From assembly GCA_964016885.1 (NCBI GenBank), contig OZ024740.1, positions 68,634,001 through 68,698,000 of the forward strand: a DNA stretch of 64,000 nucleotides. The letters are read 5' to 3'. Every line of letters begins with the position of its first letter. Position 1 is the stretch's first letter. Under the pieces are notes generated by a model. That model saw nothing but the letters and a program-made list of their open reading frames with translations. It did no database searches and was not told where the DNA came from. This DNA is from Eledone cirrhosa. Its lineage: Eukaryota. Positions 1 to 14,567 of this stretch are shown piece after piece. Both the position numbers and the translations under genes were made by a program.

Positions 1-1200
1 TATAATTGTTGCTTTTGTCTGAATGAAGCGGTTGTATTCATCGTATCCACAGTGTCTCTAAGACCAGAGAGACTAAACATATCTAAAATGTGTGCAAGGA
101 GAACACCTTACTTGAAGTGATTATTTTGATGCTGTAGATGGATTTGGATATCATAGAAATGACAGACACAAGGGAGTTGTCTCACCGAAGTAATGTAGGA
201 AATACCAAGGTGTTATACAATGTACCCTGACAAGGATATAATGAATAGCATAGAAATAGAGATGATGCTTGTTAAAGAGCTTTCTAATTTAGAAGTTCGT
301 TGTATTTTGTAAGATATATTGTATGATGGCTTATCAGATTTCATCGCATTATCTATGTTTCTGGCTGGTCCAAATGTCTTCGACAAACTGGTTATTGTTT
401 TTAAATTGAATGGATTGTTAATAATGTTTCTCGTATTTCATTGCAATCTACTCGTTGTAGAAGTTATATATATGATTGCTCAAAAACATAAGAGACTCTA
501 ACGATGTGGTTGGCTGTCTGTATAATTATGTGGAGTGGAAATATCCCTGATATATATGTAGATTCTCATTAAATATTTTCGAATTTCTTTTTTAAGAAAC
601 ATTAAAATATGAACCACTTTGTATATCATAGATTTATTGAGTTATCATATTTTTTCCTTTTACTAAAAATATATGTAAAGGTAATAATTAGGAAATGTTC
701 AATTTATTCATAAAAATATCTTCCGAAATCTATTATAATCAATTATTAAAAATGTTAATGGATTAAATTACTTTTTGATTCGGGATAAATATCCCTGTTT
801 TTCATAGAATGGAACGCAGAAAAAATATTTTCTACTTGAAATATTGAAATGTTTGATCTAGAAATTTATCTTATTAAAGTATGCTGTTCGTAGTAAAAAT
901 ATCTTCTTATGAAAATTAATAAATATCTATTTGATCCATTGGAAAATGTTATATTGAAAATGCATATATATCACAGTAATAATCAGGATATATATTTTAA
1001 ATTTACATTAAAATTATTTGTTTACTGCATGTTAGATTTAGTAAAACATAAAAACCAACGTAATCAAACAGATTTCTCATCCACTATATGATTTCTTTTT
1101 ATTTTAGTATTATGGCATTATACATCAAATCTATGGTTAATGATGGATCTAGGATGAAGTAATATACTTCTGATAAACATGATATTATATAATGGTATTA
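1..1200 (-). pseudogene. Possible highly decayed PLE remnant
   Basis: The minus strand near 25-70 reads LVLETLWIR*IQP, resembling a GIY-YIG C-terminal helix. The rest is not decodable. Confidence 0.25.
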
Positions 1201-1347
1201 GGATTCCCTAAAGAATAAACAACCTACGAAATGGTAAAATGTATATATTTGAATTTGTGTTGTTTTATATTACTTCATTACTTTTTATCTCATTTAATTT
1301 CCAATCTGCTCCCCATGATTCCAGCAACGTACATTTAGATCTCTCTG

Positions 1348-1463
<116 letters not shown>

Positions 1464-1924
1464 CACACAGAGTGTGAGAGAGGGAGAGAGATGTGTGTGT
1501 GTGTGCATGTGCGTGTGTGTGTGTGTGTGCGTATGCGTGTGTGTCTGTGCGTTTGGAATAGGAGCATTAAACAGCCGAAGATTGCGATAACGCTATATAT
1601 GTATATATAAAGAGTGCGTAACCGAGACTGCGTCAATATTCACATTTGTAATATGTAGGCTTGTAAACATGAGAGTCAATACAAATTTCCTAGTAAATCG
1701 AAAAAAAGGGGAAAAACCAGTTTAATCGATTGTCGTGCCTAGTTGAGTCATCATCTGGAGATGTATATATCATCTAAACAACGATAAGGAAACATGTGTT
1801 TGGTAAGCTTATATACCCATTCACTCTGAGTAGTATTCTGAATTAGACGAACTAATTTGCAAAAGTATTTCAGATCGTGTTGGTAGTTAATTAGCCCATA
1901 CCCACGCACAAATACACACACAAA

Positions 1925-2065
<141 letters not shown>

Positions 2066-2255
2066 TTATATACATATATATAGCAGTGAAAGTGTGAAGA
2101 ATAACATGGTCGGCTGTACAGAAAGGGTTTTATTTACAGTATTAACAATTGTTTCATTGATCAGGTGAGTCTAAAGGCCACTAATCACTCGAAATTGCGT
2201 CAGTCGACCTTAAATACAATGTGTGTATCTGATCAAATCATCGGAATATATATAT

Positions 2256-2846
<591 letters not shown>

Positions 2847-2877
2847 AAATGTGTGAGATCCTTGGTACAGTTAGGTA

Positions 2878-3150
2878 TATTTAAAAAAAAGAAGAAGAAT
2901 GGCTTCACTTGCAGTGTTAAACATTTTGGGGATTTTATTTTATAATATTATAATATTATGAGTTGGTAAATCCAGTAAGTTCTTTGTTAACTTCGGTGGG
3001 AAGAAATTTAGAGATTCCTAAAATTCTTCCCACCGTAGTTAACAAAGAACTTACTGGATCCACCAACTCATAATAGTATATTATAAAATTAAATCCCCAA
3101 AATTGTTTAACATTACAAGTGAAGTCATTCTTTTCCTTTTTTCAAAATAT
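2878..3150. repeat. ~270-bp imperfect palindrome between TA tracts
   Basis: gaatggcttcacttg..cggtgggaagaa pairs with ttcttcccaccg..caagtgaagtcattc; centre ~3012. Confidence 0.8.
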
Positions 3151-3151
3151 T

Positions 3152-3197
<46 letters not shown>

Positions 3198-3199
3198 CA

Positions 3200-3420
3200 A
3201 TGATATTAAATAAATGGAAACTATAGTAATAAAACCATATTTATTCTATTAAATATATTTCAAGGGTACCAAAGCCTTAGTATCATCAGATAAATTACAA
3301 AGTGTGTTTTATAAATTGTTTTATCTGATGAAAGCGTACCAAAGTTGTTGGTACCCTTGAAATATATATAATAGAATAAATATGGTTTTATAAATATAGT
3401 TTCCATTAATGTAATATCAT
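3200..3420. mobile_element. Fold-back element with a plus-strand HHR at 3319-3376 and a deleted minus-strand copy at 3244-3294
   Basis: ttttat CTGATGA aagcgtaccaa-agttg-ttggtaccctt GAAA tatata TA| atagaa. Confidence 0.78.
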
Positions 3421-3786
3421 TGAATATTATACTCCAGAAATGTGACGAGTGCTCTGAATCAGTTATAAACATTTATATTTGTTGAATTACCAACAAATTG
3501 ATATCCCTTCTGCTTATATATATATATAGGTAAATAGATATATTAAGCCATGCTCTAAGCAACTCAAGTGTACGATAAAACGATAGCTGTATGCGCTAAT
3601 GTGCATTTAACTATAAATATATAAAACTATTAAGACAGGTAAACTTGACAGATAATACGAATCCCTGTAAATTGAAAGGAACGATATATATTTTAAGTGA
3701 TTTTCGTGTCTACTTTGGTCCTTGTCAGAAATTGAATATATCATCTAATTAACCAAAAATAAGCCTGTATTTGATGGTCTTACACC

Positions 3787-3817
<31 letters not shown>

Positions 3818-3868
3818 TTATGTCTGTATGTATGTGTGTGAGTGTGTGTGTATATATGACAGACCGTC

Positions 3869-4458
3869 TGGTACAGCTCGACAAATTTTGTAGCAGTTTA
3901 ATATTAGGAAAGATTAATTAGTCACTAATACCCAAACAGTTCAATGAACGAAATATCAGAGAAATGTTATATTATATATTAACATTAAATGATAAAAAAA
4001 AGTCTACGGGAGTATAAACAAGACGTTTCAGAGCAATTTAAACTGCTCTGAAATTTGGCGAGCTGTACTAAACAGTATTTAAGCTGCTATTTCTAGGGAC
4101 ATTGTAAGCCTGTTAGGTGGTCATAATATCTTAGGAGATTTGAGAACGCATCACTACACGTGGTATTATATTACCTGCTGCGTTGGCTTTATACTTCAAA
4201 TATTCTAACTCCTCGGAAGAATATAGCAGTTCTTTAATTATTAGTAATTCCATTCCAATAATGGCTCAGCCCCATACGAAACCATGGTTGGGAGATCTAT
4301 ATATAAGCGAAGTTAAAGGAAAAATGTTTCCGTCTAGCTTGTCTATACTCCCGTAGTGTTTTTTTCTCTCCTTTAATTTTAATAGAAAATATTGCTTCTC
4401 TGAGAGATTTCGTTCATTAAAATGTTTGGACATTAGTTTCTAATTAACCTTTATCCTC
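3869..4458. repeat. Diverged overlapping inverted repeats (3905-4025 vs 4335-4458; 3869-3901 vs 4038-4070)
   Basis: ctacgggagtataaacaag pairs with cttgtctatactcccgtag; gtacagctcgacaaattt pairs with aaatttggcgagctgtac. Confidence 0.6.
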
Positions 4459-4835
4459 TATATATATACATATGTATATTTGATATACGATTTAACTTAT
4501 TTTCCTCTCTCTATCATTTGATCCTTTCTCCCTTCTCTTGTTCCTACGATCAAACCTCCTTTTTTTCTCTCTTTCCTCATGATTTGATATCTCGATCTAT
4601 CACTTCCGCTATCAACAATAATGAGGTATGAATATATTATTATTATTTACATTTTTAACAGTTATAGAAGTTTATGTATTATATATTATTAATTGTTTAT
4701 ATAACTTTTTACACATTCTCATACACACCCTCTTTATTATATGTAATTGTTCATATTTCAACTTAAAATATCGAGTGTTGTCATAACTAATCATGCCATG
4801 ACTAAATTATAACCATCAACATAGTCAAGGTATGT

Positions 4836-5439
4836 CAAACAAACCAAGCATTATAATAAATGCTCGGTAAATCCATACGTACATAAATATATCTGTGCAC
4901 GTATGTATATATATACATACTACTGTACGTCTGTATACATATTTATATTTAAATAACAGCCGTACTAAGAGTGAGAAATGAAATGAAATTTCGTTTCATT
5001 TGTTCCATTTATTGTTTTCGGTGCGCCCGGACGATAAACTCACTCGATATGCAAATTAGGCTACTGAGCCGTTAATATGCATAGGGAAAGTATATAGTTT
5101 CAGACGTTCAAACATCTGGCAGGAAGGTATACGGTGCTGACGATAGCTAATAAGATTGAAACTAGTACAGCGTTCCTTTGTCAGTGTTGAACAAATGAGC
5201 AACGATGGTTGCTAAACACTGTACGGCTTAATTCGGGATGTTTGTTTACAAACAAACTGAGCATTATAATAAATGCTCGGTAAACCCATACGTACATATA
5301 TATATGTGTGCATGTATTTATATATATATATATATATACATACTACTGTAAGTCTGTATACATATATGTATGTACGTATACATACTTATATTTAAGTAAC
5401 AGCCGTAGTAAGAGTGATAAATTTCGTTTCATTTTTTCC

Positions 5440-5445
<6 letters not shown>
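4836..5445 (+). mobile_element. Partial tandem (period ~413 bp) non-coding element with an HHR at 5131-5173
   Basis: Direct repeats 4836-5012 and 5249-5445. HHR reads acggtg CTGACGA tagctaataagatt GAAA ctag TA| cagcgt (palindrome ACTAGT; weak stem II). Ends at (TA)n. Confidence 0.7.
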
Positions 5446-5476
<31 letters not shown>

Positions 5477-5478
<2 letters not shown>

Positions 5479-5696
5479 AGATGGGAACATGAATTGACCT
5501 GTTATTTTTATCTAAAGGTGATTGTTCCAGTCCCCCCCCCCCCACCATCCATTCAATCCATCTAATTTCTCAATATTTCTTTTGATGAAGGACTAGCGTC
5601 TGAAACGTTAAGACCATCTTCCTGCTATTTCAACTATTAACTTAATATATTCCTTCCATATACTCTGCCGATTGTGTTGTTATTTCTGTTTACCTT

Positions 5697-5701
<5 letters not shown>
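5477..5701 (+). mobile_element. Solo 3' terminus related to the 26786-29455 PLE, with an HHR-like motif at ~5580-5612
   Basis: tgatgaaggactagcgtctgaaacgtt..tcttcctgctat..gttgttatttctgtttacctttttc aligns with the reverse complement of 26786-26906. It is flanked by (TA)n on both sides. Confidence 0.75.
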
Positions 5702-5739
<38 letters not shown>

Positions 5740-5740
5740 A

Positions 5741-6071
5741 TACAAGGACGATTTGCTAAGCCTTCATTACGTTTATTGGTTGGTTATTCGCGTTTCGCTA
5801 TTGATCAGATCAGGGTTTGATCTGTATCGATCTGGCCCGATTCTGGAATCAAAGGCACGTCGGACCTTTGCTGTCATTACAGCAGGAGAGATCCGACGAG
5901 CTTTTGATTCCAGTGTCGGGCCAGATCGATAAAGATCGAACTTTGAGCTGATCAATAGCTAAACGCGTATCACCAATCAATAAACGTAATGAAGGCTTAA
6001 CAAATCGTCCCTGTATTATTATATTTACACTCTGTTTAGCTCTACACAGTAACTTCACGTTACACTCCCTG

Positions 6072-6073
<2 letters not shown>
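5741..6073. mobile_element. Family B fold-back element (hairpin 5741-6016 plus tail)
   Basis: ~130-bp inverted arms, each carrying the CCGACG(A/T)..60 nt..(G/T)AAAcgcg motif. (TA)n on both sides. Confidence 0.78.
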
Positions 6074-6108
<35 letters not shown>

Positions 6109-6822
6109 GTATGTGTGCGTGTGTGTATGTATGTATGTATGTATGTATGCATGTATGTATATATGTGTGTTTATGTTTGTGTGTAATTTTGTAATTATCC
6201 ATTCTAAGTACGAACAGATGAATCGATGAATAAATTGCACAATTTAAATGTGTTAAGTCAACGATTTAACAGCGTTTTCCAACCCTATCTCCGCAAATAA
6301 AATTTTACGTGAAACAGCCTTTTAGCATCTTCTATAAACAATATCTTAAAGCCACGGAAAATCTTCCGCTGAGATTTTCCATGATGAGTTTTGAATGATT
6401 AGAACTTGTTAAGTTATTCGATTAATAGTAAAAATTGCATAGAGTACGACATGATATATTATAAACTACATAATTGTTTCTATTTGTGGCCCAAGGCCAG
6501 CAATTAACTCGATGCTTCAATGCATGGTGTCCGACTCTCTACCGATACTGCCAATCCAATGAAACATAATCATGGTTGCTTTAAAGTGAATTACATTGTA
6601 TCAGTTAAACTAGCAGATTCCAGAATAAGGTTTAGATATAAGCACTTATAGCACGATCTTAGGTGAAATAGAGCATAGCTCTTGTGTTTGTACATATTTA
6701 TATATTTGATACATACACACACATACAAACACACATACACACACATACATACACACACATACGCATACACACACGCACACACACACACATACACACACGT
6801 ACACACACACACATATATATAT

Positions 6823-7625
<803 letters not shown>

Positions 7626-10600
7626 CATGTGTGTATGTGTATGAGTGTGTGTATGTGTATTTGTATATATATATATATATTTATGGTAATTTCACCCTTT
7701 GTACTGATTCACTCTGCTGTCTTTTAAGATAAAAATAAACAAACTAACACTTGACATGTTAACTTAGTGTCGAAATACAGACATTAACATTGCCGAAGTA
7801 TCTGGATTATCCATAAAGAGATTTGGTGTGGAGATTTTATAACAAGAAATATACACAAGCAAAGATTCCAAAGCAATGTACTATCGGTATTCTGGAAACG
7901 AATTTCCAGCATATAGCAAAATCTAATGAGAAATCCTGGTCACTTTTTTGTTATCATACTACAAAATGTTTTGTCCGTTTGGCATCTGTGAACGCAATAA
8001 TAGCATTACGGAAATCGCTTTCTTTCATGATTCAACTGATTTTAACAGATATAAGATATCGGTTTACCATTTTCTGTTAGAGCTTATGTTCAAATAGCAT
8101 TTTATAAACGATCAGGATCTCACTCGCATGTACGGATCTTAAAGTTCTCCATTTATCACATCATTCTGCTATTGCACAAGTCATTATGCATTTTGTAATA
8201 TATGATGTCAGGAAATGCCTGAGAGAAATAGATAAGAAATAACTATATTTTGAACGAAATGCTTGTAGAAAAATATCAACCTTAAAGGAGCAAACTATTC
8301 CATTTTATATCTCAGCTTATTTGATTTTCTTCTTTCTACAAGCGATGTAAGCTCCTGGTCATTTGATATCACCTTCCGTGTTTCTATATCTGCTCTATGT
8401 TTCCATGAGTAGCATTCAGGAACGTTAATTTGAAATAAACACATGCACATTGAAATACATTGATACTAGACTTCGTTACACTATTGCTATGGCGTGTTAA
8501 GGGAACACAACCGTCCATTAGCGAAGTCAATGTTACTGATGCTCGATTTGTAGAGACAATATAATTTGAGTGGGGATCGAATATCGGATCATATACAATT
8601 TTAATCAGGACACTAGTATCATAGAACGTATTCTATTATTTACATAACTAGTATACATAATTGATTTAACATTGGCTCCTTATATAGATCACAGTGTTAT
8701 CTTTAAAAGGAAGGTGAATATTCCCGTCTCTGCTTTAAATAGAAACATTATCACTATTAGTATAGGAAAATGGTGGAAAATACGATGCTAAAAACGAGGC
8801 CACAATTTCAACACAAGCATTATTCTTTTATATAGAAGTTTATGAAACATTAGTACAGGGTTGCAGGTTTGGAGCGGTGGAGAAGTAGAGCCGACTGGGT
8901 TGCTGGGTTGTCATTGGCACTTGCTTTTATCAAATTCATGAAATTGGAACCCGTACTGTAGAGGGACAAAAATAATGAATTGATGGCATTCTGCCTTTAA
9001 CACCATCACCCCGTAATTACGTTGTATTGATTTATCTTGAGAAGGCAGAGCCTATATAATTGACCATAATAATAATAGTTTGCTATCGATCATGTTGTAG
9101 TACAAGTTTCTACTTCGCTCCATATGCTGGGTAAGTGACCAAATGTTAAACATGATACTGGCCACTACATCTAGCACATCGAAACACTACGCAGCAGATC
9201 GCTAGTTGGCTTATAAAATCATTGGAATATTCATTTATTCTCTTACTTGTTTCTGACATTAGAAATCATCCATGCTTCGTCACCGCCTTCCAGAGGTATA
9301 GTCGATTATCTGAGGCCCCGCTATATTTTCTCAAGTCTGGTACCTTTTTTAGCGGACTCGTCATGTCTTAAAATGTATGGGATATAAATAACAATAAAAT
9401 GTAATTATATAAATATTTATTAATTTGCGACGGGAATCCACACACATGTCTATAAAATGTTGCTTACAAGACTAAAATGCCCAATGTTCCACGGTGGGAC
9501 AGAATCCAAAAGAATGTGGTTCGAAGCGATCTCTTTATAGCTTATATCGTTATAGACATAGAAGAATTTGGTCTAATGATTATATTTCTAATATAAAGTT
9601 AGAGGCAAATGATCGATTCTCATTGACACTTTATATTTAATTTTAGCTTAGCTATTTCCTACCAATTAGAAGATATAATCTGAAATTGCATTAATGTTGT
9701 GAAATTAATTACGCTATTGTTTGATTTCTCATTAATAGCTTGTAGTTGAATACATCATCCTGCTATTGTTAAAGATAGATGATACGCCACATATAAAGCA
9801 TACATTTTTAGCTATATATTTATATATATTATTTATGTGTATTATAGTAACAATCAGCACCATTACAGATGTGGCTTTTTGCCGGCTCTCTAAATCAATA
9901 GCCTAAATAGATTTTTTTCAAAAAGTAATAAATGGACCTCCATTGGTTTCGAGGGTCTGTGTTATTTATAATCGTCAATGGAACGGCATGCCTGCAAAAG
10001 TAACTTGTAAATGGATGAATAAAAATAACAGTCATATGTATATAATTATATATATATGTGAAAGTACTAATGCGAGCGCACAACCTAAGCGCTCACACAT
10101 ATTTAAAAACAGTAAAGTAAACATATATATCCAACCATCTAATTCACACCAAATACATACATACACACACAAATACATTCAACGAGACCCTCATGGAAAT
10201 GTACATATACGCAAATGTGGGTATATGAATATACAAATATATTACTATTTTAAGTGCAGAAAAGCATACATAAAAATGAAAACCATTTTCAGCGGAATCA
10301 TCTTAACATTCATAGAAACAATACAATAGATAATGTTTTTGCTTTTGGCATATGGTCTGTATTTTGAAGAGAAGAGGCAATTCGACTAAATCGACATTAA
10401 TGCACCTCATGGTACATTAGTTTATCAACTCAACTCCGTAAAGATGAAAGGAAAGACTAATTTCAACTGTGTTTTAACTCAGAAAATTAAGGGCCGGAAT
10501 TCTCTATGGCAAAGAATGCTGCCCGCCTCCTTGCCGTTATTGCCAATCTAACGACCTCAGCTTGTGATAAATATTAATAAATCTAAATATCAAAATGATT

Positions 10601-11002
10601 GTCACTAGAGAAAAGAAAAAAAGTATAATAGGATGTAGAGATGAGGGAGTGGGAATAAATAAAGAATTAGGTAAGATTGATGAGGATGTGGTAAGAAGAA
10701 AAAACAGCAAAATAAAGAGAATGAAGAGATGTTTAAAGAAGTAAATTTATAGATATTGCCTTTATAGCTATGGATGATTTTTTTGTATTTCGGAAATATA
10801 TTCAAAGAATTGGCAAAGTGGTTCTTGGAAATTGAAATATATATCAAACCCTGATAAATAATCTTGAATTAATCCAAGAATATAGAAAGGATTCAAACGA
10901 AAATGAACATATATACTTACACACACACACACACATACACACACACATACACACATACACCCATATATATATACATACAGATATATATATATATGTATAT
11001 AT

Positions 11003-11042
<40 letters not shown>

Positions 11043-11666
11043 AAAAAGGGATGAAATCGAAAATGCAACTGCAGTCTTATTTTTTTTTTAAATATATATA
11101 TTTATTTGGTTCCTTTACCGGTTTCGCAGTTCTTCTGCTTTTCAAAAGGTGAGTTGAGATGGAGGGTCTGTGGTTTTTCTCACATCTGGTTGGTCTCTAA
11201 ATGTTACTTGTTTTATATGGAAAAACTGGCTCGAAAACCAGGTTTTTCGAGAAGTAATTTGATTGGTTTGTCAATAATTATAATAAATTTCGCGCCAGTT
11301 CGCGTTACAATAGCTCTTCAAATAAGAGAGGGGGAGGGGGGGTTGTCACAGGTTGTTTTTTCATATATGAGTGTTTGAATTTCTTTTTACTTGAAAAAAA
11401 TGAGGCTCACGAAGGCTTTTTTTTGGTTGGTTATAAATGAAATTTGGCTGTCACGTGAACAAGTTTTCATTACATTTTTGCGCCCTTATTTGGAAAACTA
11501 TTCTGTAGTCTTTATAGTGAATGTTATGACAATGGAGAGATAGTGTTCAAGGGAAAAGGGATTTGGAGAAATGTTCTGGTTCAGTGAATATGGCCAGCTG
11601 TCAGAGTTCAGGTGTCAGAGTTCAGATTTTCTATTGAGACTGGAGATATGTGTTTATTTGTGTGCT

Positions 11667-11701
<35 letters not shown>

Positions 11702-12246
11702 ATGTGTGTATTGGAAGATGATTCTATTAGTAGAGATGGGGGAGGGAGTTGTGTGTTATGTGTGTGTGTGCGAGTATGTTAGATAGAGAGAATATATATT
11801 TTGTGTGTGTGTATATATATATGTGTGTAGGAAAGTGGTTCTATTAGTAGAAATGGGGAGGGTGTTGTAGGTGTGGGGGTTGTTATGTGTGTGTATGGGT
11901 GTTATGTGTGTGGCAGTATGGTTAGCATGTTAAGATGAAGAGAATATATATATATATATATATTGTGTGTGTGTGTATGTGTGTGTGTAGGACAATGATT
12001 CCTTTAGTAGGAATATTTTTGAATGAACATATTTTCCTGACTTTTTCGTGTTTGCTATTGTATTGCCAGTGCAAACGTATGTTTAAGGTTTATTTAGTTC
12101 GGGTTTTTATTTTCTAAAGTAGAAGGTGTTATGTGTGTGTGTGTATGTCATATTGTGGTGTTGACATAATGTATATTAAACCTTATTTAATGTTGGTCTA
12201 TATTTTTGAATAAACATATTTTCCTTATTTATTCGCATTTGTTCTG

Positions 12247-13316
12247 TTGTATTGGAAACGCTACTTGGATGATTGCCTCATTCTTTGGTCCCACACACTC
12301 GACCAACTGAAGGATTTCAAAAACTTAATAAACGGCATCAATAACCACATCCAATTCACAATGGAATACAGCCAAGATCAACTCCCATTTCTGGACATCT
12401 TAATCACAAAAAAAGACACAAATATCGAAACTGACATACACTACAAACCAACAGATTCCAAACAATATCTGCTATTCACCTCCAACCATCCAAAGCAGAC
12501 GAAGACGAACATTCCTTTTAACCTAGCAAGAAGAATTTGCACAATTGTCTCCAATTATGAAACGCGAAATAAAAGACTTGAAGAATTAAAGGAAATTCTA
12601 CTTGAGAGAGAGTACCCACTATTACTAATAAATAATGGAATAGAAAGGGCTAAAGCAATAGGCATTGATGAATTACGGAAACAGAAACAAATTCAAGGTA
12701 CGTCCAATATTCTATCATATATCTCAACACACAACCCAAGAAATGCGGAAGCTTACAACACTATTCACAATAACATCCCACTACTAAAACAAAACCCAAG
12801 AATGAAAAAAGCCCTTGAAACACACAAAATAATCAAAAGCAAAAGACAACCAAAATCACTGAAAACATTACTCACCAATGCCAAATTACCTACCACAAAC
12901 CCACAACCAAGTATCAAAAAATGTGGTCGCTCTAATTGTGGAACCTGCACTCACCTCATTGAAGGCAACACGTATACATTTAAATCAGGACAAAATTTTA
13001 CTGTAAAAAATCACTACACTTGCTCATCAAAAAATCTAATTTATGCCATTAAATGTAAAGGATGCAATGAAGATTATATAGGACAAACTAAACTCACACT
13101 CAGAAACAGAATGACAGTTCATCGCCAACAATTACGAGATCCAACCACGAGACAGATACCACTAAGTGCATATCTAGACTTTGCGCAAGTAATAAGACAC
13201 CCAAATTCCAAGTCTTCCCATTTTACCTTTGCGCTAACAATACAACAGAACAAATGCGAATAAATAAGGACAATATGTTTATTCAAAAATATAGACCAAC
13301 ATTAAATAAAGTTTAA
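12247..13316 (+). pseudogene. PLE RT C-terminus, Cys-rich linker and GIY-YIG endonuclease (Neptune-like architecture), frameshifted near 13180
   Basis: Motifs WKRYLDD, LPFLDILI, YKPTDSKQYL, CGRSNCGTC and NLIYAIKCKGCNEDYIGQT. The shifted frame continues CASNKTPKFQVFPF...FIQKYRPTLNKV* to 13316. Confidence 0.88.
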
Positions 13317-14331
13317 TATACATTATGTCAACAACACAATATGACATACACACACACACATAACACCTTCTACTTTAGAAAATAAAAACCCGAACTAAAT
13401 AAACCTTAAACATACGTTTGCACTGGCAATACAATAGCAAACACGAAAAAGTAAGGAAAATATGTTCATTCAAAAATATTCCTACTAAAGGAATCATTTT
13501 CCTACACACTCACATACACACACACACAATATATATATATATATATATTCTCTTCATCTTAACATGCTAACCATACTCCCACACACATAACACCCATACA
13601 CACACATAACAACCCCCACACCTACAACACCCTCCCCATTTCTACTAATAGAACCACTTTCCTACACACATATATATATACACACACACAAAATATATAT
13701 TCTCTCTATCTAACATACTCGCACACACACACATAACACACAACTCCCTCCCCCATCTCTACTAATAGAATCATCTTCCAATACACACATACACACACAC
13801 ACACATATACACACACACAAGCACACAAATAAACACATATCTTCAGTCTCAATAGAAAATCTGAACTCTGACACCTGAACTCTGACAGCTGGCCATATTC
13901 ACTGAACCAGAACATTTCTCCCAATCCCTTTTCCCTTGACCACTATCTCTCCATTGTCATAACATTCACTATAAAGACTACAGAATAGTTTTCCAAATAG
14001 GGCGCAAAAATGTAATGAAAACTTGTTCACGTGACAGACAAATTTCATTTATAACCAACCCAAAAAAAGCCTTCGTGAGCCTCATTTTTTCAAGTAAAAA
14101 GAAATTCAAACACTCATATATGAAAAAACAACCTGTGACAACCCCCCCCCCTCTCTTATTTGAAGAACTATTTAAACGCGAACTGGCGCGAAATTTATTA
14201 TAATTATTGACAAACCAATCAAATTACTTCTCGAAAAACCTGGTTTTCGAGCCACTTTTTCCATATAAAACAAGTAACATTTAGAGACCAACCAGATGTG
14301 AGAAAAACCACAGACACTCCATCTCAACTCA

Positions 14332-14369
14332 CCTTTTGAAAAGCAGAAGAACTGCGAAACCGGTATAGG
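14332..14369 (+). ncRNA. Minimal PLE-type hammerhead variant (inverted copy at 11112-11149, - strand)
   Basis: cctt TTGAAAA gcag-aagaa-ctgc GAAA ccgg TA| (t/a)agg. Stem III is the palindrome ACCGGT; the first core box is non-canonical. Confidence 0.65.
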
Positions 14370-14500
14370 AACCAAATAAATATATATATTTTTTAAAATA
14401 ATAAGACTTCAGTTGCATTTTCGATTTCATCCCTTTTTCTTTATACTTCCACTCGTGTAGGACACCTCGGTTATTTTTCATTTTGTAAAAAAAACCTCAC

Positions 14501-14549
<49 letters not shown>

Positions 14550-14567
14550 TATATATATATATATATA

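Larger units (their letters stand above)
11039..14507 (+). mobile_element. 5'-truncated Penelope-like retroelement with a ~1.2-kb inverted copy of its 3' end
   Basis: 11039-12254 is the reverse complement of 13238-14444. The internal ORF has RT YLDD and GIY-YIG motifs, and both ends abut (TA)n. Confidence 0.9.

Noticed and set aside
11106-14375. Duplicate small ORFs (MVP.PVSQFF.., MFWFSEYG..) on opposite strands
   Set aside because: They are antisense readings of the PLE 3' UTR, duplicated by the inverted repeat.
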